Below the pieces are notes generated by a model that was given only the letters and a program-made list of their open reading frames with translations, had not been told where the DNA came from and searched no databases. Of a stretch of DNA of 64,000 nucleotides, positions 18,610-27,716 are shown in pieces. Location: assembly GCA_964584165.1 (NCBI GenBank), contig CAZOYW010000007.1:32886-96885 (forward strand), in the 5' to 3' direction. The translations under genes and the position numbers were made by a program. Position 1 is the stretch's first letter; every line of letters starts with the position of its first letter. The stretch comes from an uncultured bacterium. Its GTDB lineage: Bacteria > Auribacterota > Erginobacteria > Erginobacterales > CAZKCI01.

Positions 18610-19860
18610 GTGAAAGCCGAGATCATCGCGATCGGTGACGAACTCCTCTCCGGGGAAACCGAGGACAGCAACTCTTCCCTCATCTCCCGCGCCCTCGCCG
18701 GGGCGGGGATCGACGTCGTCCGCCGCCGGACGGTCGGCGACCGGAAGGACGAGATCGTCGCCGCCCTGCGCGAGGCGGCGGCGCGGGTCCGCCTGGTCAT
18801 CGCCACCGGGGGGCTCGGGCCCACCCCGGCCGACCTCACCCGCCAAGCCCTGGCCGAAGCCGCCGGACGACCGCTCGTCCGCGACCCGCGGGCGGAGGCG
18901 AACCTCCGCGCCTTCTTCTCCCGCCGCGGCTGGTCGCCGTCCGGAAGCAACTTCCGCCAGTGCGAGGCTCCGGCGGGCGCCGAGCTGATCGAGAACTCCT
19001 GCGGGACGGCGCCGGGGATCTTCCTGGAATGGTCCGGCGCGCTCCTCTTCGCCCTCCCCGGCCCCCCCGCCGAGATGCGCGAGATGCTCCTCCGCTCGGT
19101 CCTCCCCCGCCTGCGGGAGGAGGCGCGGGAGTCGGGGGGAGGGACAAGGGAAGCCCGGACGCTCCGCCTCATCGGGATCGGCGAATCGAACGCGGCCGAG
19201 GCGCTCCGCGGACTCATCGACCCCGCCGGCGAACCCGCGCTCGCCATCTACGCCTCCCCGGGGGAGGTGCGCCTGCGCCTCTCCGCGAAGGGTGCGGGCG
19301 CGGCGGCCCGGCTCGGCGCGCTCGAGAGCGAAGTCCGCCGGCGACTGGGAGAGCGCATCTACGGCGAAGACGACGACACCCTGGAGTCGGTGGCGGGAAA
19401 GCTTCTCCGGGAGAGGAAGGCCACCCTCGCCCTGGCGGAGTCCTGCACCGGGGGCTTGATCGCCGACCGGATCACCGACGTCCCGGGCGCTTCGGACTAC
19501 TTCGCCGCCGGCTTCGTCGCCTACGCCAACGCGGCGAAGGTCCGTCTCCTCGGAGTCGATGAGGCGATCATCCCAGCGCACGGGGCGGTGAGCGAGGAGT
19601 GCGCCCGGGCGATGGCGGAAGGCGCGCGGGCGCGGGCGGGGACGGACCTCGCCCTGGCCGTGACGGGGATCGCCGGTCCGGGAGGAGGGAGCCCGGAGAA
19701 GCCGGTCGGCCTGGTCTATATCGCCCTGGCCGACGATTCCGGGACGTCGGTGGAAAAACACCTCTGTCCCGGGACACGGCTCCAGTTCAAGCGGCGCGTC
19801 TCCACCCTCGCCCTCGACCTCCTGCGCCGGAGACTGATGAGCAAAGAGCGGAAGGCCTAG
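18610..19860 (+). CDS. cinA: CinA-family protein (MoCF-biosynthesis domain + nicotinamide-nucleotide amidase PncC domain)
   Basis: MKAEIIAIGDELLSGETEDSN...; C-terminal AESCTGGL motif. GTG start with GGGAGG RBS. Confidence 0.85.
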   Translation: MKAEIIAIGDELLSGETEDSNSSLISRALAGAGIDVVRRRTVGDRKDEIVAALREAAARVRLVIATGGLGPTPADLTRQALAEAAGRPLVRDPRAEANLRAFFSRRGWSPSGSNFRQCEAPAGAELIENSCGTAPGIFLEWSGALLFALPGPPAEMREMLLRSVLPRLREEARESGGGTREARTLRLIGIGESNAAEALRGLIDPAGEPALAIYASPGEVRLRLSAKGAGAAARLGALESEVRRRLGERIYGEDDDTLESVAGKLLRERKATLALAESCTGGLIADRITDVPGASDYFAAGFVAYANAAKVRLLGVDEAIIPAHGAVSEECARAMAEGARARAGTDLALAVTGIAGPGGGSPEKPVGLVYIALADDSGTSVEKHLCPGTRLQFKRRVSTLALDLLRRRLMSKERKA

Positions 19861-19883
19861 AGCAGAGAACCGGAGCCAGCGAC

Positions 19884-20046
19884 AAGCGCAGCGATACTGC
19901 AAGCCTTTCCGAAGGAAAGGCGGTCCTACAAGCGAAGCGATCCCACAAGCCTTTCCGATCCGCCAGCGGATCGGAAAGGCGATTCTACAAGCGTAGCGAT
20001 CCTACAAGCCTTTCCGATTCGCCAACGAATCGGAAAGGCGATCCCG
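19884..20046. repeat. three tandem ~58-bp units, each carrying a CCTTTCCGA...GGAAAGG hairpin
   Basis: aagcg(c/a/t)agcgat...caagcctttccgatccgccagcggatcggaaaggcg repeated three times between cinA and arfB. Confidence 0.7.
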
Positions 20047-20053
20047 CATCTCC

Positions 20054-20476
20054 ATGATCTTCATCACTCCCAGCCTCTCCCTCCCCGAGCGGGAGATCTC
20101 CTTCTCCTTCGTCCGCTCCCCCGGGCCCGGCGGACAGAACGTGAACAAGGTCGCCACCGCCGTCCTCCTCCGCTTCGACCTCGCCGCCTCCTCGCTCCCC
20201 GCCCCGGTCAAGGATCGCCTGGCCAGACTCGCCGGATCGCGGGTCAACCGGGAAGGGATCCTGCTTGTCCGGGCCAGCCGATTCCGGACCCAGGGTGAGA
20301 ACCGCCGCGACGCCGTCGAGCGTTTCGCCGCCCTCGTCCGGCGAGCGCTCGAACCCCCGCGCGCCCGCCGGAAGACCCGTCCCCGGGCCGGGGCGCGGGA
20401 GAAGCGCCTGGAGGGCAAGCGCCTCCGCTCCCGGAAAAAGATCTGCCGGCGGCGGCCGACGGCGTGGGATAATTGA
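20054..20476 (+). CDS. arfB: alternative ribosome-rescue factor ArfB (peptidyl-tRNA hydrolase, GGQ motif)
   Basis: SPGPGGQNVNKVATAV; basic C-terminal tail. Confidence 0.85.
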   Translation: MIFITPSLSLPEREISFSFVRSPGPGGQNVNKVATAVLLRFDLAASSLPAPVKDRLARLAGSRVNREGILLVRASRFRTQGENRRDAVERFAALVRRALEPPRARRKTRPRAGAREKRLEGKRLRSRKKICRRRPTAWDN

Positions 20477-21450
20477 AGCCGGAACGCGGGGAATATCTGA
20501 TGCCGGCCGCCCAGCTGAACCGAGAGCGCATCACCCGGATCGCCCGCCTCCTCCAGGGGGTCCCCGACCTCCCAGTCTTGGACTACGCGGGCAACCTCTT
20601 CCCGCCGCCCGGCGCCTCCGGCGCGCTCGAATATTTTTTCGGGATCGTCCTCCACCAGTTCGGCTTCTGGACGGACGACGGGCGGCGCTACGCCGCTCCC
20701 ATGCTCGCCCGGATCGAGGGGCGAACCCTGAAGGGCTCGGACTTCGTCTGGAAGGCGGGAGCGCGGGCCGCGGAGCGCGAACCGGACTTCTTCGATCCCG
20801 CCTTCCAGGCCGTCATCTCTCCCCGCACCTTCGCCGCCGCCTTCGCCGAGGACGCCGGCACCTGCCCCCTCCCCATGTTCGACGCCCATGTCGCCCTCTC
20901 CCGGTCCTACGGCCGGGACCTCCTCGCCCAGGGGCTTTCCCCCCGGGGGATCGTCGAATCCGTGAACGCCGAGGACCGCCCCCTCAACGCGCTCCTCAAG
21001 GTCCTCTCGGGCGTCGGCGGGTACCGCGAGGACCCCCTCCGGAAAAAGGCCCTCCTCCTCGCTCTTGCGCTCGAGCGGAGGCCCGAGCGTTTCCTCCGGG
21101 TCAAGGACCCTCTGAGCTGGGCGCCGGTCGTCGACTACCATAACATCCGGACGGCGCTGCGCACGGGCATGGTGGAGCCGGTCGGGGAGCCCCTCCGGGG
21201 CAAGCTCCGGCGGCGGGAGTTCGTGACCGAGGAGGAGGAGCGGGCGGTGCGAGCGGCGACCTTCGACGCCATCGCAGGCCTGATCGAGGGCTCGGGCGCG
21301 GGCGTGGCCAAGATCGACGCTCTCTTCTTCGGGGCGCGCCGGACCTGCCCGGAGATGACGGCGCCGGACTGCCCGCGCTGCCCGCTCGAGAAGGCCTGCG
21401 CGAAACGGACCGAACTCTTCCAGCCCGTCTTCCGGACCACGTTCTACTGA
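20473..21450 (+). CDS. hypothetical protein, possibly divergent Qng1/DUF2419 (queuosine salvage) paralog
   Basis: Ends ...FRTTFY like the 22422 Qng1 gene (..RTVFY), and has an FGFW motif. The start is either TTG 20473 or ATG 20500. Confidence 0.4.
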   Translation: MKPERGEYLMPAAQLNRERITRIARLLQGVPDLPVLDYAGNLFPPPGASGALEYFFGIVLHQFGFWTDDGRRYAAPMLARIEGRTLKGSDFVWKAGARAAEREPDFFDPAFQAVISPRTFAAAFAEDAGTCPLPMFDAHVALSRSYGRDLLAQGLSPRGIVESVNAEDRPLNALLKVLSGVGGYREDPLRKKALLLALALERRPERFLRVKDPLSWAPVVDYHNIRTALRTGMVEPVGEPLRGKLRRREFVTEEEERAVRAATFDAIAGLIEGSGAGVAKIDALFFGARRTCPEMTAPDCPRCPLEKACAKRTELFQPVFRTTFY

Positions 21451-21556
21451 AACATTCTTGCCACTAAGACACCAAGTCACGAAGAACTGACATAATGTCT
21501 TTCTTCGTGCTTCCTTTGTGCCTTGGCGCCTTTGTGGCATAATCCCCCGTCGGGCC

Positions 21557-22285
21557 ATGATCATCTACGGACGCAACGTCATCCGGGAAGCCATTCAGGC
21601 CGGAGTCCGCCTTTCCCGCGCTTACCTCGCCGTCGGCGAGGGAGCCGCGGCGGAGCTCAAGCGCCTGGAAGAGGAGCTCGCCCGCCGGGGAGTCCCGGTC
21701 GAGAAGCTCTCCCGCGACCGACTGGAGGCCGTCGCCCACTCCCGCGAGCACCAGGGGATCGCGGCCAAGATGGCGGATTTCGCCTACGCCGACGTCGGCG
21801 CCGTCCTGGACAGCCTCTCCCGACCCCCCTTCGTCGTCCTCCTCGACCGGATTCAGGACCCCCACAACCTGGGGGCGATCATCCGCACCGCCTACGGGGC
21901 GGGGGCGGACCTGATCGTCATCCCCGCCCACGACGCCTGCCTGGTCACTCCCGCCGTCCTCAAGACCTCGGCGGGCTACGCCTTCCGGATGCCGATCGCC
22001 GTGGAAACCAACCTCTCCCGGACCGTCGCGCTCCTGAAAGAGCGCGGGATCTGGGTCTACGGCGCGGTCATGGGCGGCGAGTCCTGTTTCCGGGTCGACT
22101 TCTCCGGGCCGGCGGCGCTCGTTTTCGGGAACGAGGGGGACGGGATCCGGAAGATGCTCCTCGAAAAGTGCGACTTCCGTGTCTCCATCCCGATGGCGCG
22201 GGAGATGGACTCGCTCAACGTCTCCGTCTCCGCCGCCGTGATCGCCTTCCGGGTGCTGGAGTCGCGGGCCAGCGCGCGGGTCTAA
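21557..22285 (+). CDS. SpoU/TrmH-family RNA 2'-O-methyltransferase (RlmB-like)
   Basis: MIIYGRNVIREAIQAG N-terminal domain; LDRIQDPHNLGAIIRTA; SLNVSVSAAV. Confidence 0.8.
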   Translation: MIIYGRNVIREAIQAGVRLSRAYLAVGEGAAAELKRLEEELARRGVPVEKLSRDRLEAVAHSREHQGIAAKMADFAYADVGAVLDSLSRPPFVVLLDRIQDPHNLGAIIRTAYGAGADLIVIPAHDACLVTPAVLKTSAGYAFRMPIAVETNLSRTVALLKERGIWVYGAVMGGESCFRVDFSGPAALVFGNEGDGIRKMLLEKCDFRVSIPMAREMDSLNVSVSAAVIAFRVLESRASARV

Positions 22286-22421
22286 AGACCCGCGCCTACG
22301 GAAAACGGGGAGGGCAACACCGAGTGCCCGTAGCCGCGGACCTTTGATTGACCACAACCCCATCCCAAGGTAATCATCCCGACGAAAGTCGGGACAGGAC
22401 CGCGGGCGGGGCAAGGACGCC

Positions 22422-23387
22422 ATGAAATCCTACACCGAACTCGTCCGCTCCACCTGCCGCCAAGCGGCGGAGGCGGCCGTCCACGTCCGCATCCGCCCGG
22501 AGAGGATCGCCGCCTACGGCCGCTCCCTCCTCGCGGTCCGCCCCCCTCCCCCCGGCCTCGACCCCGCCCGCCACTACCTCGGCCACGACGAGGACACCGT
22601 CGCCTTCATCCTCACACTCGACTCGATCAACTTCGGATCGGGCTACTTCCCCCGCCTGAAGAAGCGGCCGGGCTGCTCGGGCTACTTCACCGTCGCCTCC
22701 GCCCTGACCGACCGCTTCCGCGAGCGGGGGCCGCTCTCCGCCGAGGAGCTGAGCCAGATCACCCCCCGCGACTGCGCCGGCATCTTCGGCCAGGACCTCT
22801 CCGACGGCGCCGTCGCCGAGCTGATGTCCCTCTTCGCCGGCGCCCTCAACGACCTCGGCCGCCTCCTCAACCGGAAATACGCCGGGAGCTTCCTCGGACT
22901 GGCCGGGGCGGCCCGGGGGTCGGTCGAGAGGATGATCGGACTCCTCAACGGGATGGAGGCCTTCGCCGACAGGGAGACCTATCGCGGGGGGCTCATCGTC
23001 CACTTCTACAAGCGGGCCCAGATCGCCTGCGCCGACCTCGCCCTGGCCTTCGACCGGCAGGGGCCGGGGCGCTTCGACGACCTCGAGCGCCTCACCATCT
23101 TCGCCGACAACCTCGTCCCCCACGTCCTGCGGGTGGACGGCGTCCTCGAGTACGACCAGGATCTCCTCGACCGGATCGAGAAAGGAGTCCTGATCCCGAA
23201 GGGCTCCGAGGAGGAGATCGAGCTTCGGGCCTCGGCCGTCCACGCCGTCGAGCTGATCGCGGAGAGCCTGAAGGGCTCGGAACGCCCGCTTGCTCCGATG
23301 GAGCTCGACTACGTCCTCTGGAACCGCGGCCAGGAGCCGTCCTACAAGGCCCGCCCCCGCCACCGGACGAGGACCGTGTTCTACTGA
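22422..23387 (+). CDS. Qng1/DUF2419 family queuosine salvage protein
   Basis: IVHFYKRAQI, TIFADNLVPHVLR, IPKGSEEEIELRAS, LDYVLWNRG, C-terminal TVFY. These parallel human QNG1 (C9orf64) motifs. Confidence 0.75.
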   Translation: MKSYTELVRSTCRQAAEAAVHVRIRPERIAAYGRSLLAVRPPPPGLDPARHYLGHDEDTVAFILTLDSINFGSGYFPRLKKRPGCSGYFTVASALTDRFRERGPLSAEELSQITPRDCAGIFGQDLSDGAVAELMSLFAGALNDLGRLLNRKYAGSFLGLAGAARGSVERMIGLLNGMEAFADRETYRGGLIVHFYKRAQIACADLALAFDRQGPGRFDDLERLTIFADNLVPHVLRVDGVLEYDQDLLDRIEKGVLIPKGSEEEIELRASAVHAVELIAESLKGSERPLAPMELDYVLWNRGQEPSYKARPRHRTRTVFY

Positions 23388-23413
23388 GCCGAAGCTCATC
23401 GCGACGAATAAAA

Positions 23414-23463
23414 AGTGATCAGTAATCAGTCACTGATAACTGATTACTGATCACTGATTACTG
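23414..23463. repeat. GTGATCAGTAATCAGT palindromic hairpin element (terminator-like)
   Basis: agtgatcagtaatcagtcactgataactgattactgatcactgattactg. Near-identical hairpin at 60048-60082; half copy at 11421-11437. Confidence 0.6.
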
Positions 23464-23475
23464 TATGCTGCTTCC

Positions 23476-24507
23476 ATGAACCTTTCCGCCCTTCCCGAAA
23501 TCCTCAAGGACGAGCCTCCCTACCGGGAGAAGCAGGTCCGCCACGCCCTCTTTTCCCAGCTGATCGGGTCCTGGGACGAGGCGACGAACCTCTCCAAGGA
23601 GCTGCGGGAGAAGCTGAAAGCCGCCGTCCCGGTCGATCTCCCGGCCGAGATCGTCCGCTCCGCCGACGGAAAAACCCTGAAGGCGGCACTGCGCCTCATC
23701 GACGGGGAGACGGTGGAGACCGTCCTCATCCGCCACCGGGACGGGCGCAACACGGTCTGCGTCTCCTCCCAGGCGGGCTGCCCGCTCAAGTGCTCCTTCT
23801 GCCTCACCGGACGGGCGGGCTGGCGGCGCAACCTCCAGGCGGAGGAGATCGTCGACCAGGTTGTCCTCTTCGCGCGCCTCCTGAAACGGGAGGGGGAGCG
23901 GGTCTCCAATGTGGTCATGATGGGGATGGGGGAGCCCTTCATCAACTACGCCCAGGCCCTCGCCGCGGTCCGGATGCTCAACCGGCCGGACATGCTCGGG
24001 ATCGGGGCCCGCAAGATCTCCATCTCGACCGTCGGGATTGTCGAGGGGATCGAGAAGCTCGCCCGGGAGCCCCTCCAGGTCAACCTCGCCCTCTCCCTCC
24101 ACGCCCCGGACGACGCGCGCCGGGAGAAGCTCATCCCGGTCAACCGGAAATACCCGATCGCCCGGGTCCTGGCGGCCGTCTCCGACTACATCGAGAAGAC
24201 CCGCCGGCGGGTGATGATCGAGTACCTCCTGCTCAAGGACTTCAACGACTCCGAGGAGGACGCGCGGAAGCTCGCCGCCCTGCTCAAGAAGTCCCTGAAG
24301 CGCCTTTTCTTCGTCAACCTGATCGCCTGCAACCCCGGCGGTCCGGGGGAGGCCTCTCCTCCCGAGCGGATCAAGCGCTTCCAGGCCGTCCTCGAGGGCG
24401 AGCGGATCGAGGCGGTCGAGCGCTTCCGCTTCGGCGACGAGATCGCCGGGGCCTGCGGCCAGCTGGCGGGCAGACCCGGAGATCCAACCGCGAATCTCCG
24501 TGAATAG
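23476..24507 (+). CDS. rlmN: 23S rRNA/tRNA (adenine-C2)-methyltransferase RlmN (radical SAM)
   Basis: CPLKCSFC; MGMGEP; overall RlmN architecture. Confidence 0.9.
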   Translation: MNLSALPEILKDEPPYREKQVRHALFSQLIGSWDEATNLSKELREKLKAAVPVDLPAEIVRSADGKTLKAALRLIDGETVETVLIRHRDGRNTVCVSSQAGCPLKCSFCLTGRAGWRRNLQAEEIVDQVVLFARLLKREGERVSNVVMMGMGEPFINYAQALAAVRMLNRPDMLGIGARKISISTVGIVEGIEKLAREPLQVNLALSLHAPDDARREKLIPVNRKYPIARVLAAVSDYIEKTRRRVMIEYLLLKDFNDSEEDARKLAALLKKSLKRLFFVNLIACNPGGPGEASPPERIKRFQAVLEGERIEAVERFRFGDEIAGACGQLAGRPGDPTANLRE

Positions 24508-24631
24508 GCCTGGCCGGGAAGATGATGTCCATGGATTGCCACGCTTGCGCGCCATCGCGCTTCAGCGCGCAGGCACAAATTTGCATGAATGGTCTGATCA
24601 CTTCTTTCCCCGTTGCCGATCGCTCTCTTCG

Positions 24632-24707
24632 TGTGGGAGCCCCGATCAAATCTTCGATTCGATCGGGGCGATGACGAGCCGGATCGGGGCGAGACGCCCC
24701 TCCCACA
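24632..24707. mobile_element. MITE-like element with TGTGGGAG...CTCCCACA terminal inverted repeats and internal CCCGATCG-AATC-GATCGGG palindrome
   Basis: Related copies at 39846-39881, 51956-51986, 63888-63953; partial copy at 31655. Confidence 0.5.
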
Positions 24708-24794
24708 CCCCGCATAACTGAGGCCTTACGTCCGGTTGATTTTTCCGGCTGTTTCCCGCTATTATAGACCTAGCATTAACCCGGAGGATGACCC

Positions 24795-26474
24795 ATGAAA
24801 CTAGCCGCCCCGGCTGTATGCTTAGCCTTCGTCCTGGTGATCGCGACCCCCCCGGTTTCCGCCCAGACCACGTGGTCGCTGGATACCGACGTCGGGTCCA
24901 CCAACCTCTACGGCGTCAGCGTCCTGGACGCCTCCCATGCCTGGGCGGTCGGCGGGGTCGGCGCCGGCGGGCCGGGAAACATCTATAGATACGACGGTGC
25001 CACCTGGTCGTTCGAGACAACCATCGACACTCGCCATAGCGCGGTCTGGGCGGTCTCCCCGAACGATGTCTGGGTGGCCTCCCACAACGGAGCGGTCTAT
25101 CACTACGACGGCACCTGGAAACAGGACACCGACTTGGGCATCGCCTTCAACTCGAGCATCCGGGGCGATTCTATGGGATCGACGATCAATGTGGGGACCA
25201 GCAACGGCACGGTTTATCAAAAAGCGGGGAACTGGGCCGTCCAAACCCAGCTCGAAGCTGGTCTGATGGTGAACGGCTTCGACATCAAGACCGGATCGGG
25301 GTTCTGGATGGTGGCCGACTCCTACGGAAGCCACGGTGTCATCTTCCGCAACCTGGGGGGCTGGACGGTCCAGACCGACATCGCGGGGATCGACCTTTAC
25401 GACCTCTACGTCGTCTTCGAGGATTTCTATTACGGATATGTGGCGGCGGGAAAGCTTTCCCCCGCTACCGGCTACATCCTTTTCTGGAATGGAGTGAGGT
25501 GGACCACGCAGACGACCGTGCCCGACGCCATCATCCGCTGCGTCTGGGGGGCCGACTCCCGCCACGTCTGGGCCGGCGACAACGGGGGAAGGATCTATTT
25601 CGGCGACGGCGACACCTGGACACTGCAGACGAAGACCTCCTCCTCCATGATCAATGACATCTGGGGGACGAACTCCGGACTGGTCTGGGCGGTGGGCAAC
25701 GACGGCCAGATCTACCGGGGGTTGACCCCCCAGCGGTGCAACTACCACACCGATTTCGACGGCGACGGGACGAGCGAGATCGCCCTTTACCGGCAGAGCG
25801 AAGGGCTCTGGGCGATCCGGGACCTCACCCGGGCCTACTTCGGCTCCTCGGTCGACACCGCCGTCCCCGCCGACTACGACGGCGACGGCGCCTGCGAGAT
25901 CGCTACCCAGCGGGGCTCCTCCGGCCTCTGGGCGGTGCGCGACCTCACCCGCGTCTACCTTGGCATTCTCCTCGACCAACCCCTCCCCGGCGACTACGAC
26001 GGCGACGGGTCGGCCGACTGCTGCGTCTTCCGCCCGGAAACCGGCCTCTGGTCGATCCGAAACGTCACCCGCTTCTACTTCGGCGGCTCGGGCGATCGTC
26101 CGGCCATCGGCTACTACGACGGGGACAACCTCCTCGACGCCGCTGTCTTTAAAGCGGGCGAGGGGCTCTGGGCGGTCCGGGGGATCACCCGCTTCTACCT
26201 CGGCTCCTCCGCCGACAACCCCGTCCCGGGCGACTATACGGGCAACTCCGCCTGGGAGGGGGCGATTTTCCGCCCGGCCGACAAGCTCTGGTCGGTCCGG
26301 GACCTCACCCGGCTCTACTTCGGCTCCGGCAACGTCTCCTCCCGCCCCGGCGATTACGACGGCAACGGCCGCGACGACATCGCCGTCTACCGCTTCCTCG
26401 ACGGCCAGTGGGCGGTCCGCGACCTGACCCGGGTCTACTTCGGCTCCTCCCTGGACCTCCCGGTGACAAGGTAG
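24795..26474 (+). CDS. secreted beta-propeller protein with C-terminal FG-GAP-like DYDGDG repeat domain (paralog 1)
   Basis: Signal peptide. N-terminal WxVGxxGxIYxYDGxxW blades. Six to seven C-terminal ~40-aa modules DYDGDGxxDxAVFRxxxGLWxVRxLTRxYFG. Confidence 0.7.
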   Translation: MKLAAPAVCLAFVLVIATPPVSAQTTWSLDTDVGSTNLYGVSVLDASHAWAVGGVGAGGPGNIYRYDGATWSFETTIDTRHSAVWAVSPNDVWVASHNGAVYHYDGTWKQDTDLGIAFNSSIRGDSMGSTINVGTSNGTVYQKAGNWAVQTQLEAGLMVNGFDIKTGSGFWMVADSYGSHGVIFRNLGGWTVQTDIAGIDLYDLYVVFEDFYYGYVAAGKLSPATGYILFWNGVRWTTQTTVPDAIIRCVWGADSRHVWAGDNGGRIYFGDGDTWTLQTKTSSSMINDIWGTNSGLVWAVGNDGQIYRGLTPQRCNYHTDFDGDGTSEIALYRQSEGLWAIRDLTRAYFGSSVDTAVPADYDGDGACEIATQRGSSGLWAVRDLTRVYLGILLDQPLPGDYDGDGSADCCVFRPETGLWSIRNVTRFYFGGSGDRPAIGYYDGDNLLDAAVFKAGEGLWAVRGITRFYLGSSADNPVPGDYTGNSAWEGAIFRPADKLWSVRDLTRLYFGSGNVSSRPGDYDGNGRDDIAVYRFLDGQWAVRDLTRVYFGSSLDLPVTR

Positions 26475-26560
26475 CGGCCGAGACGACGGGCGGTAGGCCG
26501 TTTCCCCGCCTCCGCCCTGCGGGCTACGGCGGACGGGTGTGAACCGGCGCCCCAGGACGC

Positions 26561-26620
26561 CCGATCGCACTTGTCCGCCAGAGCCCGAAGGGCGACGGCG
26601 GAGATCGGGCCTAGAGGCGG
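26561..26620. repeat. 60-bp structured repeat (CCGCCAG-GCCCGAAGGGC-GACGGCGG nested hairpin), copy A
   Basis: Roughly 93% identical to 58991-59050, which lies inside the nfnB/gltD-like gene. Confidence 0.7.
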
Positions 26621-26637
26621 CTGTCCCGCGAAACCCG

Positions 26638-27711
26638 ATGAACTGCATCCGGATCGCGATCGCCCTGGCTCCCCTGATCCCCTCGTTCGTTTCCGCCTCC
26701 CCCCTCAAGCCGGACGAGGAGATCGTCTTCTTCCCCACCGCGGCCGCCCTTTCGACCGACGGGACGCGCTGGATCGTCCCCGTCCACGGATGGGTTTTCG
26801 AGCGGGAATCCGGCTCCCCGACGCGGAACGCCCTGATCGCCGCCCTGCGGATTAGCCTCGGTCTCGAGGCGGAAGACCCCGGCGACGATCTCTTCCGGGC
26901 CCGGGCGGGGATGTTCGTCGTCGACAACGAGAGCGGCAAGGAGATAACCGTTCGCCTGAACGATCGGATCCTCCCCTGCCCCCCCTCCGGAGATGACGGC
27001 CATTTCCGGGGCGAGTTCGGCATCCCGCGGGAAAAGGGCCGGCCGGGCGAATGGGTCTTCTTCACCGCCTGTCTCCCCGCCGCCGACGGCCGGACCTACG
27101 CGGGCCGAGCGCTGCTCGTCCCGGACGGCGCGCCGATGGTGATCTCCGACATCGACGACACGGTCAAGGTGACCGAGGGCTGGAGAAAGGATGCGCGGAT
27201 CGCCAACACCTTCGCCCGCCCGTTCGAGGCCGTGGCCGGGATGGCGGAGGTTTATCGGGAGTGGGCGGCCAAGGGAGCGGTCTTCCACTACGTCTCGGGA
27301 TCGCCCTGGCAGCTCTACCCCTCGTTCGCGGAGGGTTTCGCTCGCGTCGGCCTCCCCCCCGGCGCTTTCCACCTGCGCCCCTTCCGCCTGGCCGACGGGA
27401 CCGGACTCGCCTTCTTCTCCTCCCCCCGGGAGTACAAGCTAAAGACCGTCTCGGCGATCGTCGAGCGCTTCCCGCGGTCCGTCTTCGTCCTGGTCGGCGA
27501 TTCCGGGGAGCAGGACCCCGAGGTATACGGCGAGATCGGGCGGAGGTACCCCGAGCGGGTCGGCGCGATCTTCATCCGCGACGTGAGCGTGGGCGAGTCC
27601 CAGGCCGGGCGCTTCGAGAAGGCCTTCCGCGGCCTTCCTCCCTCCCACTGGCATGTCTTCAAGTCGGCCGACGACCTGCGCCGCCTGCCCGGGTTCGGAG
27701 TGGTATATTAA
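26638..27711 (+). CDS. App1-like phosphatase family protein (DUF2183), secreted
   Basis: Signal peptide. ISDIDDTV HAD-like DxDxT motif. FHYVSGSPWQLYPSF, VLVGDSGEQDPEVY. Confidence 0.7.
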   Translation: MNCIRIAIALAPLIPSFVSASPLKPDEEIVFFPTAAALSTDGTRWIVPVHGWVFERESGSPTRNALIAALRISLGLEAEDPGDDLFRARAGMFVVDNESGKEITVRLNDRILPCPPSGDDGHFRGEFGIPREKGRPGEWVFFTACLPAADGRTYAGRALLVPDGAPMVISDIDDTVKVTEGWRKDARIANTFARPFEAVAGMAEVYREWAAKGAVFHYVSGSPWQLYPSFAEGFARVGLPPGAFHLRPFRLADGTGLAFFSSPREYKLKTVSAIVERFPRSVFVLVGDSGEQDPEVYGEIGRRYPERVGAIFIRDVSVGESQAGRFEKAFRGLPPSHWHVFKSADDLRRLPGFGVVY

Positions 27712-27716
27712 AGGCG

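Noticed and set aside
16786-19902. 1038-aa minus-strand ORF
   Set aside because: It overlaps the well-supported peroxiredoxin, CinA and other plus-strand genes. It is a stop-codon-poor artefact of the high GC content. Only the 3'-proximal 145 codons (MORN lipoprotein, 16786-17220) are kept.
24822-27065. 747-aa minus-strand ORF antisense to the FG-GAP paralog and the App1-like gene
   Set aside because: It is antisense to strongly supported repeat-protein genes, and its composition is Gly/Arg/Pro-rich low complexity typical of GC-rich antisense frames.
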